DNA of 64,000 nucleotides from a virus. Shown here one piece after another: positions 1 through 9,333 of this stretch. The notes under the pieces were generated by a model that saw only the letters and a program-made list of their open reading frames with translations, ran no database searches and had not been told where the DNA came from. How positions within the stretch are numbered: position 1 is the stretch's first letter; every line of letters starts with the position of its first letter. Position numbers and translations under genes: made by a program. The stretch lies in IMG/VR virus record IMGVR_UViG_3300046809_000224, positions 3,434 through 67,433 of that record. One strand, 5' to 3'.

Positions 1-952
1 CGAAACTGTGCCAGTAGAAGTAATGGTAGACATGATCGCGCATCGTGTGGGCAAACACCGCAAGGAATTGAAGCGGATGCCGCACATACATCGCGATTGC
101 CTGTCCGGTGGTGACTGAGCGCGGCATGCGCATGTCCACGATGTGCGCAGCTACGTATATCCACGCAAGCGCACCACCTGCGACAGCGACCGCCGCTCCT
201 AGCCATCGCCAGTCCTTTCGCACAAAAAACACAGCGAGCGGCAGCCCGAGCACCGGTAGCAACTGTGGGCGTGCCGTGACGACCATGAACGTCGACAGCA
301 GAAGCATGACTGCGTGCCACGCGTGGAACGGTCGCCCACGCACCGAGCCGAGCATGAACAGGCTGGAGGCCAAAATCAGCCAAGCGAAAGACAGGCCGTC
401 CGCTGACGCGCTAGCGATCTGGAACATCGTCATCGGTAACGCGAGCACGCAAACAAGCAATGCATTCGGTGGCCAGACTGAAAACGCTACGGCGATTATG
501 GAGGCTATCGTCACTAGCGCAGCGGCCCGCGCCAAGCGATAAGATGCGCCGATTGGCAAATCTAGCGCTTCGCCGATTCGCAACCCAATGGCCTGCGGGA
601 AATATCCCAAAGGGAAATATGGAGCCGCGCCCGCCATGTCAATGAAGATCTCCTGATGGGTCCACCTGACCGCTGCGGTGTCTCGTGCGAGTTGGGCTGA
701 GAACCGTGCTTTTGGCTTCGCAATCAAAGCCTGAGAAAATTTCAGTTCGTACTGGTGCAGGCCGATATCTATCTCACCGCCTGTCGAGTGTCCGTCGACG
801 TTGTGGGCGCTCGAGAGATGGGCTAGGAGATAGGCCCGGTTTATGTGATCGTGCTCATCAGGGGACTGCAGAGGCGGAATGAGGGACGAAAGAGTGCTGC
901 CTATGGTTACGACGGCGAAGAACACAATCGCCCACTGCTGGATTAAGCGCAT
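1..952 (-). CDS. DUF2142-like polytopic membrane protein (putative GT-C-type glycosyltransferase), 3'-truncated by window edge; missing from the ORF track
   Basis: Manual translation: MRLIQQWAIVFFAVVTIGSTLSSLIPPLQSPDEHDHINRAY...YFPLGYFPQAIG...LALPMTMFQIASASADG; PPxQxPDExxH and LPMxxFQxAS motifs, many TM stretches; alternative in-frame ATG at 970. Confidence 0.8.
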   Translation of the reverse strand, partial: MRLIQQWAIVFFAVVTIGSTLSSLIPPLQSPDEHDHINRAYLLAHLSSAHNVDGHSTGGEIDIGLHQYELKFSQALIAKPKARFSAQLARDTAAVRWTHQEIFIDMAGAAPYFPLGYFPQAIGLRIGEALDLPIGASYRLARAAALVTIASIIAVAFSVWPPNALLVCVLALPMTMFQIASASADGLSFAWLILASSLFMLGSVRGRPFHAWHAVMLLLSTFMVVTARPQLLPVLGLPLAVFFVRKDWRWLGAAVAVAGGALAWIYVAAHIVDMRMPRSVTTGQAIAMYVRHPLQFLAVFAHTMRDHVYHYFYWHSF

Positions 953-1270
953 ATTCTGTATTTCCCACATTATTACGCGCCGAATCCAGAGACCCGACAC
1001 TCTTATGCTATTTGCCAGTTTTAGTGCGCGCAAGGGACAATAGCCAGCCAAAGAAGCCTAGGCGGGTGTTACGCTTGGGTTGCGATCCGGGCATATCGCA
1101 GCCCATCCTCGGCCCCACGCCCTCGCATACGTACTTGCCCACATATCCGCAGTAGCGACATTTCTTCACGTTGTCCATGCGTATTCCCCAATGTCATAGC
1201 GGCGGCATCTGGCAACCGACCAGCCAAGTTGATTCCTAGCGCGGCAAATGTGCAACGGCGGTCCAACGGC

Positions 1271-2206
1271 TTATGCAGGATATGCAGTGGTCACGATCGA
1301 CATGGGATCGGCGTCCCACTGCAGACTGGTGTCTCCAATCTTGCGGATCAGGCAAACGCTCATCAGATATCCCGTTTCCTTCGAAAGGAAAGTTGCTGGA
1401 TTGTTGATCTGCGTTTCAGGGATGATCGTCGCAGGCTCGGCGTGCTCACTGGCTATAACTTCGAAACCGCTGTAGCGGTTAAAGATGCCATGCCAACCGA
1501 ACTTGGAAAACCGATAGAAGTCCCACGGCGCATCGTGAACAGGCCAAGCCTGATGTGAATGGATAAACGCGATACCGCCTTGCTTCATCACCGCATTCAG
1601 TTCGACCGCCGCCTTCCACGGCATGAGCAGGTGCTCAAACGTCGATATGGAAAACACGAAATCGAAATGGTTCGCCGGTAGGTGGCGGGACATGAAATGC
1701 GCGTCCCCGACGACGTCCACATTGTCGCCGGAGGCAATGTCAAACCCCGTGTACTTGGCGTTCGATGGCACTCGATCGGTTTTTGCGTTTCCGCTGCGCT
1801 TGCGCGAACCGACCTCAAGAACGGTCGGCTCCGAAGCTTCATTCATCAACCTGAAAAACTCAAGTTCCGCAGCCGATGCCTCGCGCCGCTGGTATTCGTA
1901 TTGGATGCGGGCAGGATCGCTGACGAGGTACTCACGGTCGCCATCGTCCAGTAAAAGTTGAACGGATCCATACCAGTCGGATCGGGTCGGCTTCACCTCA
2001 CATGTCAAGCGGAATCCCCATTTTTCGGCAGCATCACCAAACGGGGCAATCAGATCTGGGCGAAGGACCGTTTCTACTTTGGGAATGAAGCGTTCCCCAT
2101 CAATAACGACCTGAATGCCGCCGCCTGGATGTCCGAAGCCGGAAAACCAACCTTCGCATAGAACTTTCGATTGAAAGGTGCGAAGTCGATCAATTGCATG
2201 TTTCAC
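1271..2206 (-). CDS. Class I SAM-dependent methyltransferase with N-terminal extension
   Basis: VLEVGS motif I, YTGFD, DVVGDAH, FDFVFSISTFEHL, PVHDAPWDFYRFS; GTG start at 2206 preferred (ORF open to 2341). Confidence 0.85.
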   Translation of the reverse strand: MKHAIDRLRTFQSKVLCEGWFSGFGHPGGGIQVVIDGERFIPKVETVLRPDLIAPFGDAAEKWGFRLTCEVKPTRSDWYGSVQLLLDDGDREYLVSDPARIQYEYQRREASAAELEFFRLMNEASEPTVLEVGSRKRSGNAKTDRVPSNAKYTGFDIASGDNVDVVGDAHFMSRHLPANHFDFVFSISTFEHLLMPWKAAVELNAVMKQGGIAFIHSHQAWPVHDAPWDFYRFSKFGWHGIFNRYSGFEVIASEHAEPATIIPETQINNPATFLSKETGYLMSVCLIRKIGDTSLQWDADPMSIVTTAYPA

Positions 2207-2294
2207 TGTTTGTCTGCCTCTGGTTATCACAGCATCCCTCAGGCGTTGGATTCTAGCCCATAACCCGTGGTTTATCGACAGCGCACTCGGCCCC

Positions 2295-3075
2295 TCAGCG
2301 CGACGGCACGTTAGAAGCATCTCCCATGGCGTCGACGACAAGCGGCGCGATGACTATGAGTTCCTGTCGGGATTTGAACGTCTGTAATTCTTCGTCTTGC
2401 AATGTGCATGTCGCGTCCATATGCGATCGCCAATCAGGCAACAACGAAATTGCGGCATAGTTATCAATCACTGGCACGTCGTAAGTTGCACCAGCCACTT
2501 TGATGGCGGCGACGTACTCGGCCGTGAACGGATGATCGCTGTCGCACGTTGGCGACGGAGTCTCAAGAACTGGTCTTCTGCCTGCGTCGCGCACGGTCTG
2601 AATGGCTTGTGCGAGGTAACCGGAGAAATCGGATACTGTTTCGCCGCCGTATTGCTCGTTCAGGCCGTAGCTAATCACGACGATGGTCGATTGCGTCGAC
2701 GCAAGTCGCTGAGCAAATGGAGCCCCGCCGCCGTCCATGCCGTCGAGCAGGTTCATCAGGCTCGCGGCACGCCCGCCCGTCGCGCGGTTTGCGACCGTTA
2801 TGCCGATATCGTTAAATTGCTTCTGCAGCGCGTCTTGAAGGCTTGCCGATGCGGGCTTAACGATAGTCGGCATTCCGAGTGCTCCGTAGTCAGAGAGACC
2901 CATCGCCACGTCATCACCGAATACGTCGATCGGAACGACGGGCGCCGATGCGGGGGATGCGGGCAGGATCGGCGCTGGAATAACAGGCTTGGCAGCTACC
3001 GTGTCAGCGGGGTTCCCACTTCCACCACACGCTGCCAAACAAGCGGTCAGGGCTGCGATTAGCCCTCTTCTCCAT
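2295..3075 (-). CDS. SGNH/GDSL-fold lipoprotein with degenerate catalytic motifs; start codon unresolved
   Basis: Lipobox LAAC-GGSG; block I FGDD (instead of GDS), block II NRATGG, block III YGLNE, no DxxH in block V. Confidence 0.6.
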
Positions 3076-3340
3076 CGGACGCCTGCCGCACGTGTGCGCC
3101 GAACGTCTCCATGAACTGCAGCACACGATTGAATTCTTCTTCCGTCAAAGCCATGCGAGCCGCGCCGACGAACGCAACGTGCGGTCCCATCTTCCGCGGT
3201 TCCTTGCCGCCCGTATATTTGCGCCACTGCTGATCGCTCCCCAGCCAGAACGCCTCGGCCATCTCCTTCCCGGTCGCATTGCGACGGCGCTTGAGCTCCG
3301 CCAGGTCTTCTGTCGATGGTTCGTTGAATTGGATTGGCAT
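3059..3340 (-). CDS. XRE/KorC-like HTH transcriptional regulator
   Basis: EDLAELKRRRNATGKEMAEAFWLGSDQQWRKYTGG HTH pattern. Confidence 0.75.
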   Translation of the reverse strand: MPIQFNEPSTEDLAELKRRRNATGKEMAEAFWLGSDQQWRKYTGGKEPRKMGPHVAFVGAARMALTEEEFNRVLQFMETFGAHVRQASDGEEG

Positions 3341-3442
3341 GTCTTCTGGGCAGTGCGCGTTCGACGCGCGTGCGAAAGCTGATTTTCATTGGATCGTCCT
3401 ATCGGGTTGTTCGGGTCGCGCGGTGCGCTACCTCTGGAACGT

Positions 3443-3472
3443 ATATTAGCCCCCTAGGGTTTATCCCGTCAA
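3443..3472 (-). promoter_or_regulatory. sigma70-type promoter with palindrome CCCTAGGG in the spacer
   Basis: TTGACG-18nt-TAATAT on minus strand; palindrome at 3452-3459. Confidence 0.6.
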
Positions 3473-3501
3473 GTGCCTGAGTGTGAAATTTTTGCGGCAA
3501 T

Positions 3502-3536
3502 GAAAAAGCCGCCGAGCTTTCGCAGGGCGGCTGTCT
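3502..3536 (-). terminator. Intrinsic terminator
   Basis: AGCCGCC..GGCGGCT stem followed by T-tract on minus strand. Confidence 0.65.
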
Positions 3537-3590
3537 TACGCCGATCGCGCCGATGATACCGTAGGCATTGAGATGTCGATTCAGAAATCC

Positions 3591-3845
3591 TTATTCTTCA
3601 TCGGGACTCGCTTTCCGATCGTAGCTGTCACTTTGCGATTCGGATATCAAGCGGAACTTGCGTCGCCTCTCGAATTGATCCCGCACGCGATCGCTAGATC
3701 GGACCACGGCAGCCAACGACTCAAGCAACTCTCCTTCTCTCTCTGACAGCCGCCTGATCTCCCGTCGCTGCAGGATCAATACAGCAAGCAGTGCAATGAC
3801 CAATGCTACGAGGGCGATGTAAACGGCCATCATGGTAGTCGACAC
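3591..3845 (-). CDS. Small single-pass membrane protein with coiled-coil tail
   Basis: N-terminal hydrophobic helix, charged C-terminus, directly downstream of the antitoxin. Confidence 0.55.
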   Translation of the reverse strand: MSTTMMAVYIALVALVIALLAVLILQRREIRRLSEREGELLESLAAVVRSSDRVRDQFERRRKFRLISESQSDSYDRKASPDEE

Positions 3846-3847
3846 CC

Positions 3848-4144
3848 TCAGCTTGCATGCTCAGGCGTCACGCTTAATCTTACGCCCAGCGCATGAAGCA
3901 CCTTAAGTACGGTGTCATACCGCGGCTTGGCTCCTGGCGCCAGCGCTTTGTACAGGCTCTCGCGCCCTAAGCCGGCATCGGCCGCAACCTTGGCCATACC
4001 GCGCGCCTTGGCGACATCGGCGATTGCCGCAAGCAGAAGTTCGGGATCGCCTTCCTCAAGCACGGCATTGATGTATTCGGAGATCGTTTCCTCGCTATCG
4101 AGGTAGTCCGATGCGTCGAACCGAGAGACTTTGATCTGATTCAT
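3848..4144 (-). CDS. Addiction module antitoxin (HI1420-like HTH)
   Basis: FDASDYLDSEE...IADVAKARGMAKVAADAGLGRESLYKAL..GAKPRYDTV signature. Confidence 0.9.
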   Translation of the reverse strand: MNQIKVSRFDASDYLDSEETISEYINAVLEEGDPELLLAAIADVAKARGMAKVAADAGLGRESLYKALAPGAKPRYDTVLKVLHALGVRLSVTPEHAS

Positions 4145-4169
4145 TTCTCACTCCTATGAGAAAGGGCTA

Positions 4170-4466
4170 TCAGCCCTGTATCTGCTTCCACATCGCTTTG
4201 GCGCGCTGGATATCAGCTTTTTGCGTGGACTTGTCGCCACCACACAGCAGCAGATAAACGACGCGACCTTCGCGAGCGAAGTAAACGCGATAGCCGGGGC
4301 CGAAGTCGATCTTCAGTTCCGACACACCATCAACCAGCACCTTGTATTCACCGAAGTTGCCCAGCTCCGCACGACGGATGCGAGCGACGATCTTCGCGCG
4401 CGCCTTGAGGTCGTTCAGGCCGCTGAGCCATTCGCTGAATTCGTAGGTTTGGTTGATCGTGTTCAT
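4170..4466 (-). CDS. RelE/ParE-family toxin (HI1419-like)
   Basis: FSEWLSGLNDLKARAKIVARIRRAELGNFG...ELKIDFGPGYRVYF...LLLCGGDKSTQKADI. Confidence 0.9.
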   Translation of the reverse strand: MNTINQTYEFSEWLSGLNDLKARAKIVARIRRAELGNFGEYKVLVDGVSELKIDFGPGYRVYFAREGRVVYLLLCGGDKSTQKADIQRAKAMWKQIQG

Positions 4467-4476
4467 GTGAGATATT

Positions 4477-4492
4477 GTATCCGAACGGATAC
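4477..4492. promoter_or_regulatory. Palindromic operator of the TA operon
   Basis: GTATCCG-AA-CGGATAC just upstream of the toxin ATG. Confidence 0.65.
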
Positions 4493-4522
4493 GGAAAGCA
4501 AGCATTTTATAACACGACCAAC

Positions 4523-4549
4523 AGCCACCTTCCGGTGGCTTTTTTATTT
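4523..4549 (+). terminator. Intrinsic terminator
   Basis: AGCCACC-TTCC-GGTGGCT followed by TTTTTATTT. Confidence 0.7.
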
Positions 4550-4560
4550 CCGGGGCTCCC

Positions 4561-4863
4561 TTGAACCATCCACATCCGCACGGCGGCGATCGCATCACCG
4601 CCCTGGAGCAGCGCATGAGCACGATCGAACAACAGGCCTATGACTGGCGCGCCGAACTATCCGCGAACACAGAAGCGACGTTGCGCGTCGAGTCGAATAC
4701 GAAAGAACTAGTCGAGTTGCTGAAGCTTGCCAAAGGCGGCATCGGCTTCTTCACGGCGACCGGTCGCGTGCTTCGCAAGCTGGTGGTGTGGTTCGGCCCG
4801 TTCATCGCGTTTGCGGCGGCCGTCTGGGGTCTCATGCATGGCAAGTGGCCGGGGCAAGGATGA
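4561..4863 (+). CDS. Holin/antiholin-like protein with C-terminal TM
   Basis: Coiled coil plus C-terminal TM; stop overlaps the endolysin start. Confidence 0.55.
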   Translation: MNHPHPHGGDRITALEQRMSTIEQQAYDWRAELSANTEATLRVESNTKELVELLKLAKGGIGFFTATGRVLRKLVVWFGPFIAFAAAVWGLMHGKWPGQG

Positions 4864-5306
4864 ACGTCGCCCTTCTCGAGGCCGAACTGCGCCGCGACGA
4901 AGGCGTCAGGTATTCGATCTACCTCGACAGCCTGGGCGTGCCGACGGTTGGTTGTGGCCACAACGTAAAAGTCTCGCCGTTGCCCGCTGGCTGGTCCTGT
5001 CCGCTCACCGACGGTCAGGTTGATCAACTGCTCTCGCGCGACATTGCAACCACTCTCGTAAAGCTCGACAAAGCCCTGCCGTGGTGGCGCTCGCTTGATG
5101 AAGTGCGCCAGCGCGTCGTCGCTAACATGTGCTTCAACCTCGGCATCGGCGGCCTGCTCGGCTTCAAGAACACGTTGGCAGCGATGCAGCGCGGATCGTA
5201 TGCCGTCGCTGCGGCCGGAATGCTTAGTTCCAAGTGGGCCGGTCAAGTCGGTGCACGCGCCAAGCGGCTCGCGCAGGCGATGGAGTCTGGAACCATGCCG
5301 ACCTGA
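4860..5306 (+). CDS. Endolysin, GH24/T4-type lysozyme
   Basis: DEGVRYSIYLDSLGVPTVGCGH with E-x8-D-x5-T triad; NMCFNLG; SKWAGQVGARA. Confidence 0.92.
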   Translation: MNVALLEAELRRDEGVRYSIYLDSLGVPTVGCGHNVKVSPLPAGWSCPLTDGQVDQLLSRDIATTLVKLDKALPWWRSLDEVRQRVVANMCFNLGIGGLLGFKNTLAAMQRGSYAVAAAGMLSSKWAGQVGARAKRLAQAMESGTMPT

Positions 5307-5405
5307 ATATCTCTCTGGCGCATATTTTAATTTTATTCGTCTCCCGAATATTATCCCCCGCGATCACTTCGCAGGGTATAACCCTTGCCCGCGGGCCTTC
5401 CGTCA

Positions 5406-7160
5406 ATGGCGCAAACAGTCGTCACACTCACGGTTAGTGGATCGGGAAACTGGACGCCTCCGGCCAACTGCTCGTCCATCGACCTCCTTGAAACCTGGGG
5501 CGCGTCTGGTGGCGCATCTGGCGATGAGAACTTCGGGGCTGGTGGGGCCGGTGCTGGCGCATATTCAGCCATCAGCAACCTGCCCGTTACTGCGGGGACG
5601 CCGATACCGTACAACATCGGAGCGGCGGGAACCTCCGGTGACGGTGTAAGCGGAACGGCCGGCGGGGACACATGGTTTGGTAGCGCCGTCGCTGCGTCAG
5701 CAAATGTCCTTGCCAAAGGCGGTAGTCCTGGCTCAGATGGCTGGTCTGCGGGTGCTCTTGGTGGGCTGGGTGGGCAGGCCTCCGCGGGCATCGGAACAGT
5801 CAAATTCTCTGGTGGCAATGGCGGAAAGGGAAACGTCAACCCGGCTGGCACTGGCGGTCCCGGAGGTGGTGGTGGCGGTGCCGCTGGCCCACACGGCAAC
5901 GGCGTCAACGGTGCGGATGCTGCTGTAAGCGTCACAGGCGCGCAGGGTGGCGCAGGAGACAATGGTTCTGGCGGTGCGGCGGGGAATGGTGGCGGCACAA
6001 CCGGTAATGGCTCCGCAGGCGCGGCCAACGCAAACGGGGGCGGAGGTGGTGGAGGCGGATCCGGTCGTGATAACGGCGTCGCATCGTCAGGTGGTGCGGG
6101 TGGCTTTCCAGGTGGTGCACCGGGTGGCGGGTCGAACATTGGAGGATCGTCTGGCGGACTACCAGCTGGAGGCCAGATACGCATCACCTACACGCCGGCA
6201 TCGGCTGGCGTAACAGGAGCGGGCGCATCTACGCAGGCGACCAACGCTTCCTCGGCGGCCGGCTCTATCGCCGCTTCCGGAGTAGCAGCCACCACGCAGC
6301 GCGTCAATGCCTCGACCGCTTCGGGAAGCGTTGCAATCTCCGGTTCCGCGTCTCGCACTCAGCAGGCGAACACCGATGCGGGGGCGGGCTCAGTCTCGAT
6401 TGCGGGCACCGCGGCAAGCACGCAGGCCGCAAACACCTCTGCCAGCGTTGGAAAGCTTTCGGCACTCGGCACTGCAGCATCAACCCAGGCTGGCAATGCA
6501 TCGGCTGCTTCGGGCCTCGCCAAGATTTCTGGCTCAGGCGCATCGACTCAGCCGACGAACAGCAGCGCCGCATCTGGCGCATCTGCTATTTCCGGAGCGG
6601 GGACAAGCACTCAGGCTTCAAACGCTTCGAGCGCAGCCGGCACCACCGGCAGCACTATCGGCGGGACAGGTTCCAGCGCTCAGTCTCCGAATGCATCGGC
6701 CGCAGTGGGCGCCTTGTCGATTGCTGGCATAGCCTCGCCAGCGCAAAAGCCAGCGTCATCGGCCGCATCGGGCAATCTCAGCATCGCCGGATCGGGGGCT
6801 TCCTATGCGGCGCCGAATCTCGATGCAGGGTCCGGTCTCGTCGGGATCATTGCAACCGGCGCATCGACTCAGGCGCACGACATCTCAGGCGCATCGGGAA
6901 GCACCGCGCCTCCCGTTGTGGGCGCGGGAAGCGGCATTCAGCAATCAGACACATCGTCGGCCGCTGGGCACATTGGCGCGCAGTCCTATCCCGTTGATCC
7001 TAATTTCTACGTTCAGATTCCCGCTCGCGCTGTCTGCGTGTCATGTCTCAAACATGACTTCTACGTCGCTGGCCCGCACCGGGATTTCTTCGTTCAATCG
7101 CCGGGGCGCATGTTCTGCGTCACTGCCCCTTCACGATCCTTCTACGTGCAGTGCAAATAA
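5406..7160 (+). CDS. Glycine-rich fibre-like virion protein with ~19-aa repeats
   Basis: Gly-rich N-terminal domain followed by about 13 xGxxASTQxxNxSxAxG repeats. Confidence 0.7.
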   Translation: MAQTVVTLTVSGSGNWTPPANCSSIDLLETWGASGGASGDENFGAGGAGAGAYSAISNLPVTAGTPIPYNIGAAGTSGDGVSGTAGGDTWFGSAVAASANVLAKGGSPGSDGWSAGALGGLGGQASAGIGTVKFSGGNGGKGNVNPAGTGGPGGGGGGAAGPHGNGVNGADAAVSVTGAQGGAGDNGSGGAAGNGGGTTGNGSAGAANANGGGGGGGGSGRDNGVASSGGAGGFPGGAPGGGSNIGGSSGGLPAGGQIRITYTPASAGVTGAGASTQATNASSAAGSIAASGVAATTQRVNASTASGSVAISGSASRTQQANTDAGAGSVSIAGTAASTQAANTSASVGKLSALGTAASTQAGNASAASGLAKISGSGASTQPTNSSAASGASAISGAGTSTQASNASSAAGTTGSTIGGTGSSAQSPNASAAVGALSIAGIASPAQKPASSAASGNLSIAGSGASYAAPNLDAGSGLVGIIATGASTQAHDISGASGSTAPPVVGAGSGIQQSDTSSAAGHIGAQSYPVDPNFYVQIPARAVCVSCLKHDFYVAGPHRDFFVQSPGRMFCVTAPSRSFYVQCK

Positions 7161-7513
7161 TGATTCCAATCTCCCTGCAATTCGACTGGAAGGACCCGCG
7201 TGAAACCGCAGTGCTCACCTTCGATGCGACGCTCATGCTCGCGAGCGGAGAAACGCTGACGGGCACGCCTACGGCCCAGATCACGACAGTCACAGGCACA
7301 GATGCAACGCCGTCGCTGGTGCTGTCTGGCGTGATCGTCAACTCCGCCCCGCTGTCCGTCGCTGGCAAGACCATCGCAGTCGGGAGTGCCGTTCAGGCTG
7401 TCGCATCTGGCGGCAACTTCTCAAGCGCGTATCTGATCGCGATCACCTGCACCACTTCGAACCCGAACAAGACGCTCGTCCTGAAAGCGACGTTACCTCT
7501 AGCTGCGCAGTAA
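7160..7513 (+). CDS. Putative fibre adaptor protein
   Basis: KDPxE..LTFD...L..GETL motif of phage fibre-adaptor-like proteins; coupled to the upstream gene. Confidence 0.55.
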   Translation: MIPISLQFDWKDPRETAVLTFDATLMLASGETLTGTPTAQITTVTGTDATPSLVLSGVIVNSAPLSVAGKTIAVGSAVQAVASGGNFSSAYLIAITCTTSNPNKTLVLKATLPLAAQ

Positions 7514-7532
7514 TCCCAGCCCACTACCGAAC

Positions 7533-7560
7533 AAGCCCTCCATGTGAGGGCTTTTTTATT
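7533..7560 (+). terminator. Intrinsic terminator
   Basis: AAGCCCTC..GAGGGCTT plus T-tract. Confidence 0.75.
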
Positions 7561-7575
7561 CCCGAAGGAATTTAG

Positions 7576-7989
7576 ATGGCATCAAACCTCAAGTACAGCG
7601 CCGTCCTGAAGAACGCGCAGCAGGCGGCTATTCGAACGAGTTTGGGCGCAAGCGCGCTCATCAACATCTATAGCGGCACGCAGCCGGCGAGCCCTGATAC
7701 CGCGATCACATCGCAGGTCTTGCTCGCGACGCTTACGTGCAGCGCCACCTTTGGCACTGAATCCGGAGGCGTCGAAACGCTGAACGCCATCGCCGCCGGC
7801 ACTGGTACGGCAGGAGCTGGATCGGGCGGCACGCTCGCCACCTGGTTCCGCATGACAACTTCGGGCGGCACCGCGCACGTGGACGGCACCGTTGGCACGT
7901 CTGGTTGTGATTTGAATCTTGGCTCGGCCACGATTTCGACGGGCGTGCAGGTGTCGGTGTCGTCGTGGACCATTGCGAACGCAAACTAG
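7576..7989 (+). CDS. Conserved phage structural-type protein
   Basis: AAGGA RBS; IYSGTQPASPD...LLATL...ATWFR...DGTVG pattern. Confidence 0.7.
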   Translation: MASNLKYSAVLKNAQQAAIRTSLGASALINIYSGTQPASPDTAITSQVLLATLTCSATFGTESGGVETLNAIAAGTGTAGAGSGGTLATWFRMTTSGGTAHVDGTVGTSGCDLNLGSATISTGVQVSVSSWTIANAN

Positions 7990-7990
7990 T

Positions 7991-8356
7991 ATGCCGATCC
8001 TCAAACACCTAGTCGATGCTGCCAAGGGCAAGCATCCGATCACTACTGCGCGCTCGGGTCACTGGCCTACGGTGCGCAAGCAGCATTTGGCGCTCCATCC
8101 GGTTTGTGAAGTCTGCGGAGGCTCCGAGAAATTGGAAGTCCATCATCGCCGCCCCTTCCATTTGCATCCCGATCTCGAGCTAGATCCGTCCAATCTGGTG
8201 ACGCTCTGCGAATCGAAAAAGAGTGGCGTCAATTGCCATCTCTGGTTCGGCCATCTCGGGAATTTCCGCAGTTTCAACGTCGACGTCCTGCTCGACGCCG
8301 CCATCTGGCTCGGCAAGCTCAAGAGCCGCCCTTTATCCGACAAGGAGCAAGAGTGA
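7991..8356 (+). CDS. HNH endonuclease
   Basis: CEVC...EVHH...NLVTLC...NCH. Confidence 0.85.
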   Translation: MPILKHLVDAAKGKHPITTARSGHWPTVRKQHLALHPVCEVCGGSEKLEVHHRRPFHLHPDLELDPSNLVTLCESKKSGVNCHLWFGHLGNFRSFNVDVLLDAAIWLGKLKSRPLSDKEQE

Positions 8357-8568
8357 ACCTGTCCAACATCTCTCCAGTAACGCAAAAGCTGCTTGTAGGC
8401 GGTGTTCTGTTCGCGGCCTGGTCGTATCTCGTCTATACGGGCAAAGTCCCGGCGACGGATTACGTCGAAAACATCAAGATTGGCCTTGGCGGTCTCGGCC
8501 TCTATCACGTCGTGACCAACTCGGGCACGAAGAAGGCCGACGACTCACCGACGCCGCCCGCGGCATGA
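8353..8568 (+). CDS. Small two-TM holin-like protein
   Basis: GTG start after AAGGAG; two hydrophobic segments, charged C-terminus. Confidence 0.55.
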   Translation: MNLSNISPVTQKLLVGGVLFAAWSYLVYTGKVPATDYVENIKIGLGGLGLYHVVTNSGTKKADDSPTPPAA

Positions 8569-8870
8569 AATCCGCCCTGCTGGTGCTATGCCTAACCGGC
8601 TGTGCTGGCCAAGCCGCCTACTCGGTCAAGCCGTTCTATGAGCCCAGCTTGCAACGCATGGTCTGTTGCGAGGCCGTTGCGCTCAACTCCAAAGACATCA
8701 GCGCCCTCTCCTTTGACCTGACGACCACCGCTGATGGTGTAGTGACGGTCCACTTCAACGAGACCGGCGTAGGCGCTACCGCACCCGTTACAGCCCAAGG
8801 CGCCGTCATCTCCAACGTCGCAAACGCAGCCGGCCAAGCTGCCGCGGCTATCGTCAAACTCACTCCCTAG
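8565..8870 (+). CDS. Lipoprotein (possible spanin-like)
   Basis: MKSALLVLCLTGC lipobox. Confidence 0.65.
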   Translation: MKSALLVLCLTGCAGQAAYSVKPFYEPSLQRMVCCEAVALNSKDISALSFDLTTTADGVVTVHFNETGVGATAPVTAQGAVISNVANAAGQAAAAIVKLTP

Positions 8871-8880
8871 GATCATCGAA

Positions 8881-9333
8881 ATGAAGAAGATCATGCTGCT
8901 CGCGGCAGGCCTTGTCGCGCTCTCGCTGACCGCCTGCAACGGCTCCGCCCCTACCCTGACGTTTGCTCAACAGGTAAGCATCGCCTGTGGCGCCGCCAAC
9001 GGCGAAATCGCAATCCTGAAGGGCGACGGCGTATTCACTGGTGGCGCGGAAAAGACGCTGACCGATACCGTTCAACCCGCAGTCGACAAGGCATGCTCTG
9101 CCGGTGCGTCGGTTGCCAAGCCGGACCTTCAGCCGGTCGTGAATGCGACGCTGCCGCTCATCAAGTCACTGGTGGACTCGTCGTCGCTGTCACCTGACAA
9201 GATCAAGGCCGCCGACGCTGCGATTGATACGGGCGTGCTGGCGTTCAACATTGCGATCAGCCTTGCGCCTGTCGGGACGGCTACCGCTCCGGTCGCCGCG
9301 TCCACGCCTCTTGCCGGTGCGCCGCTGCAATGA
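8881..9333 (+). CDS. Lipoprotein
   Basis: MKKIMLLAAGLVALSLTAC lipobox. Confidence 0.75.
   Translation: MKKIMLLAAGLVALSLTACNGSAPTLTFAQQVSIACGAANGEIAILKGDGVFTGGAEKTLTDTVQPAVDKACSAGASVAKPDLQPVVNATLPLIKSLVDSSSLSPDKIKAADAAIDTGVLAFNIAISLAPVGTATAPVAASTPLAGAPLQ

Noticed and set aside
108-882. Plus-strand ORFs 108..542, 460..645 and 685..882
   Set aside because: Shadows of the minus-strand DUF2142-like gene
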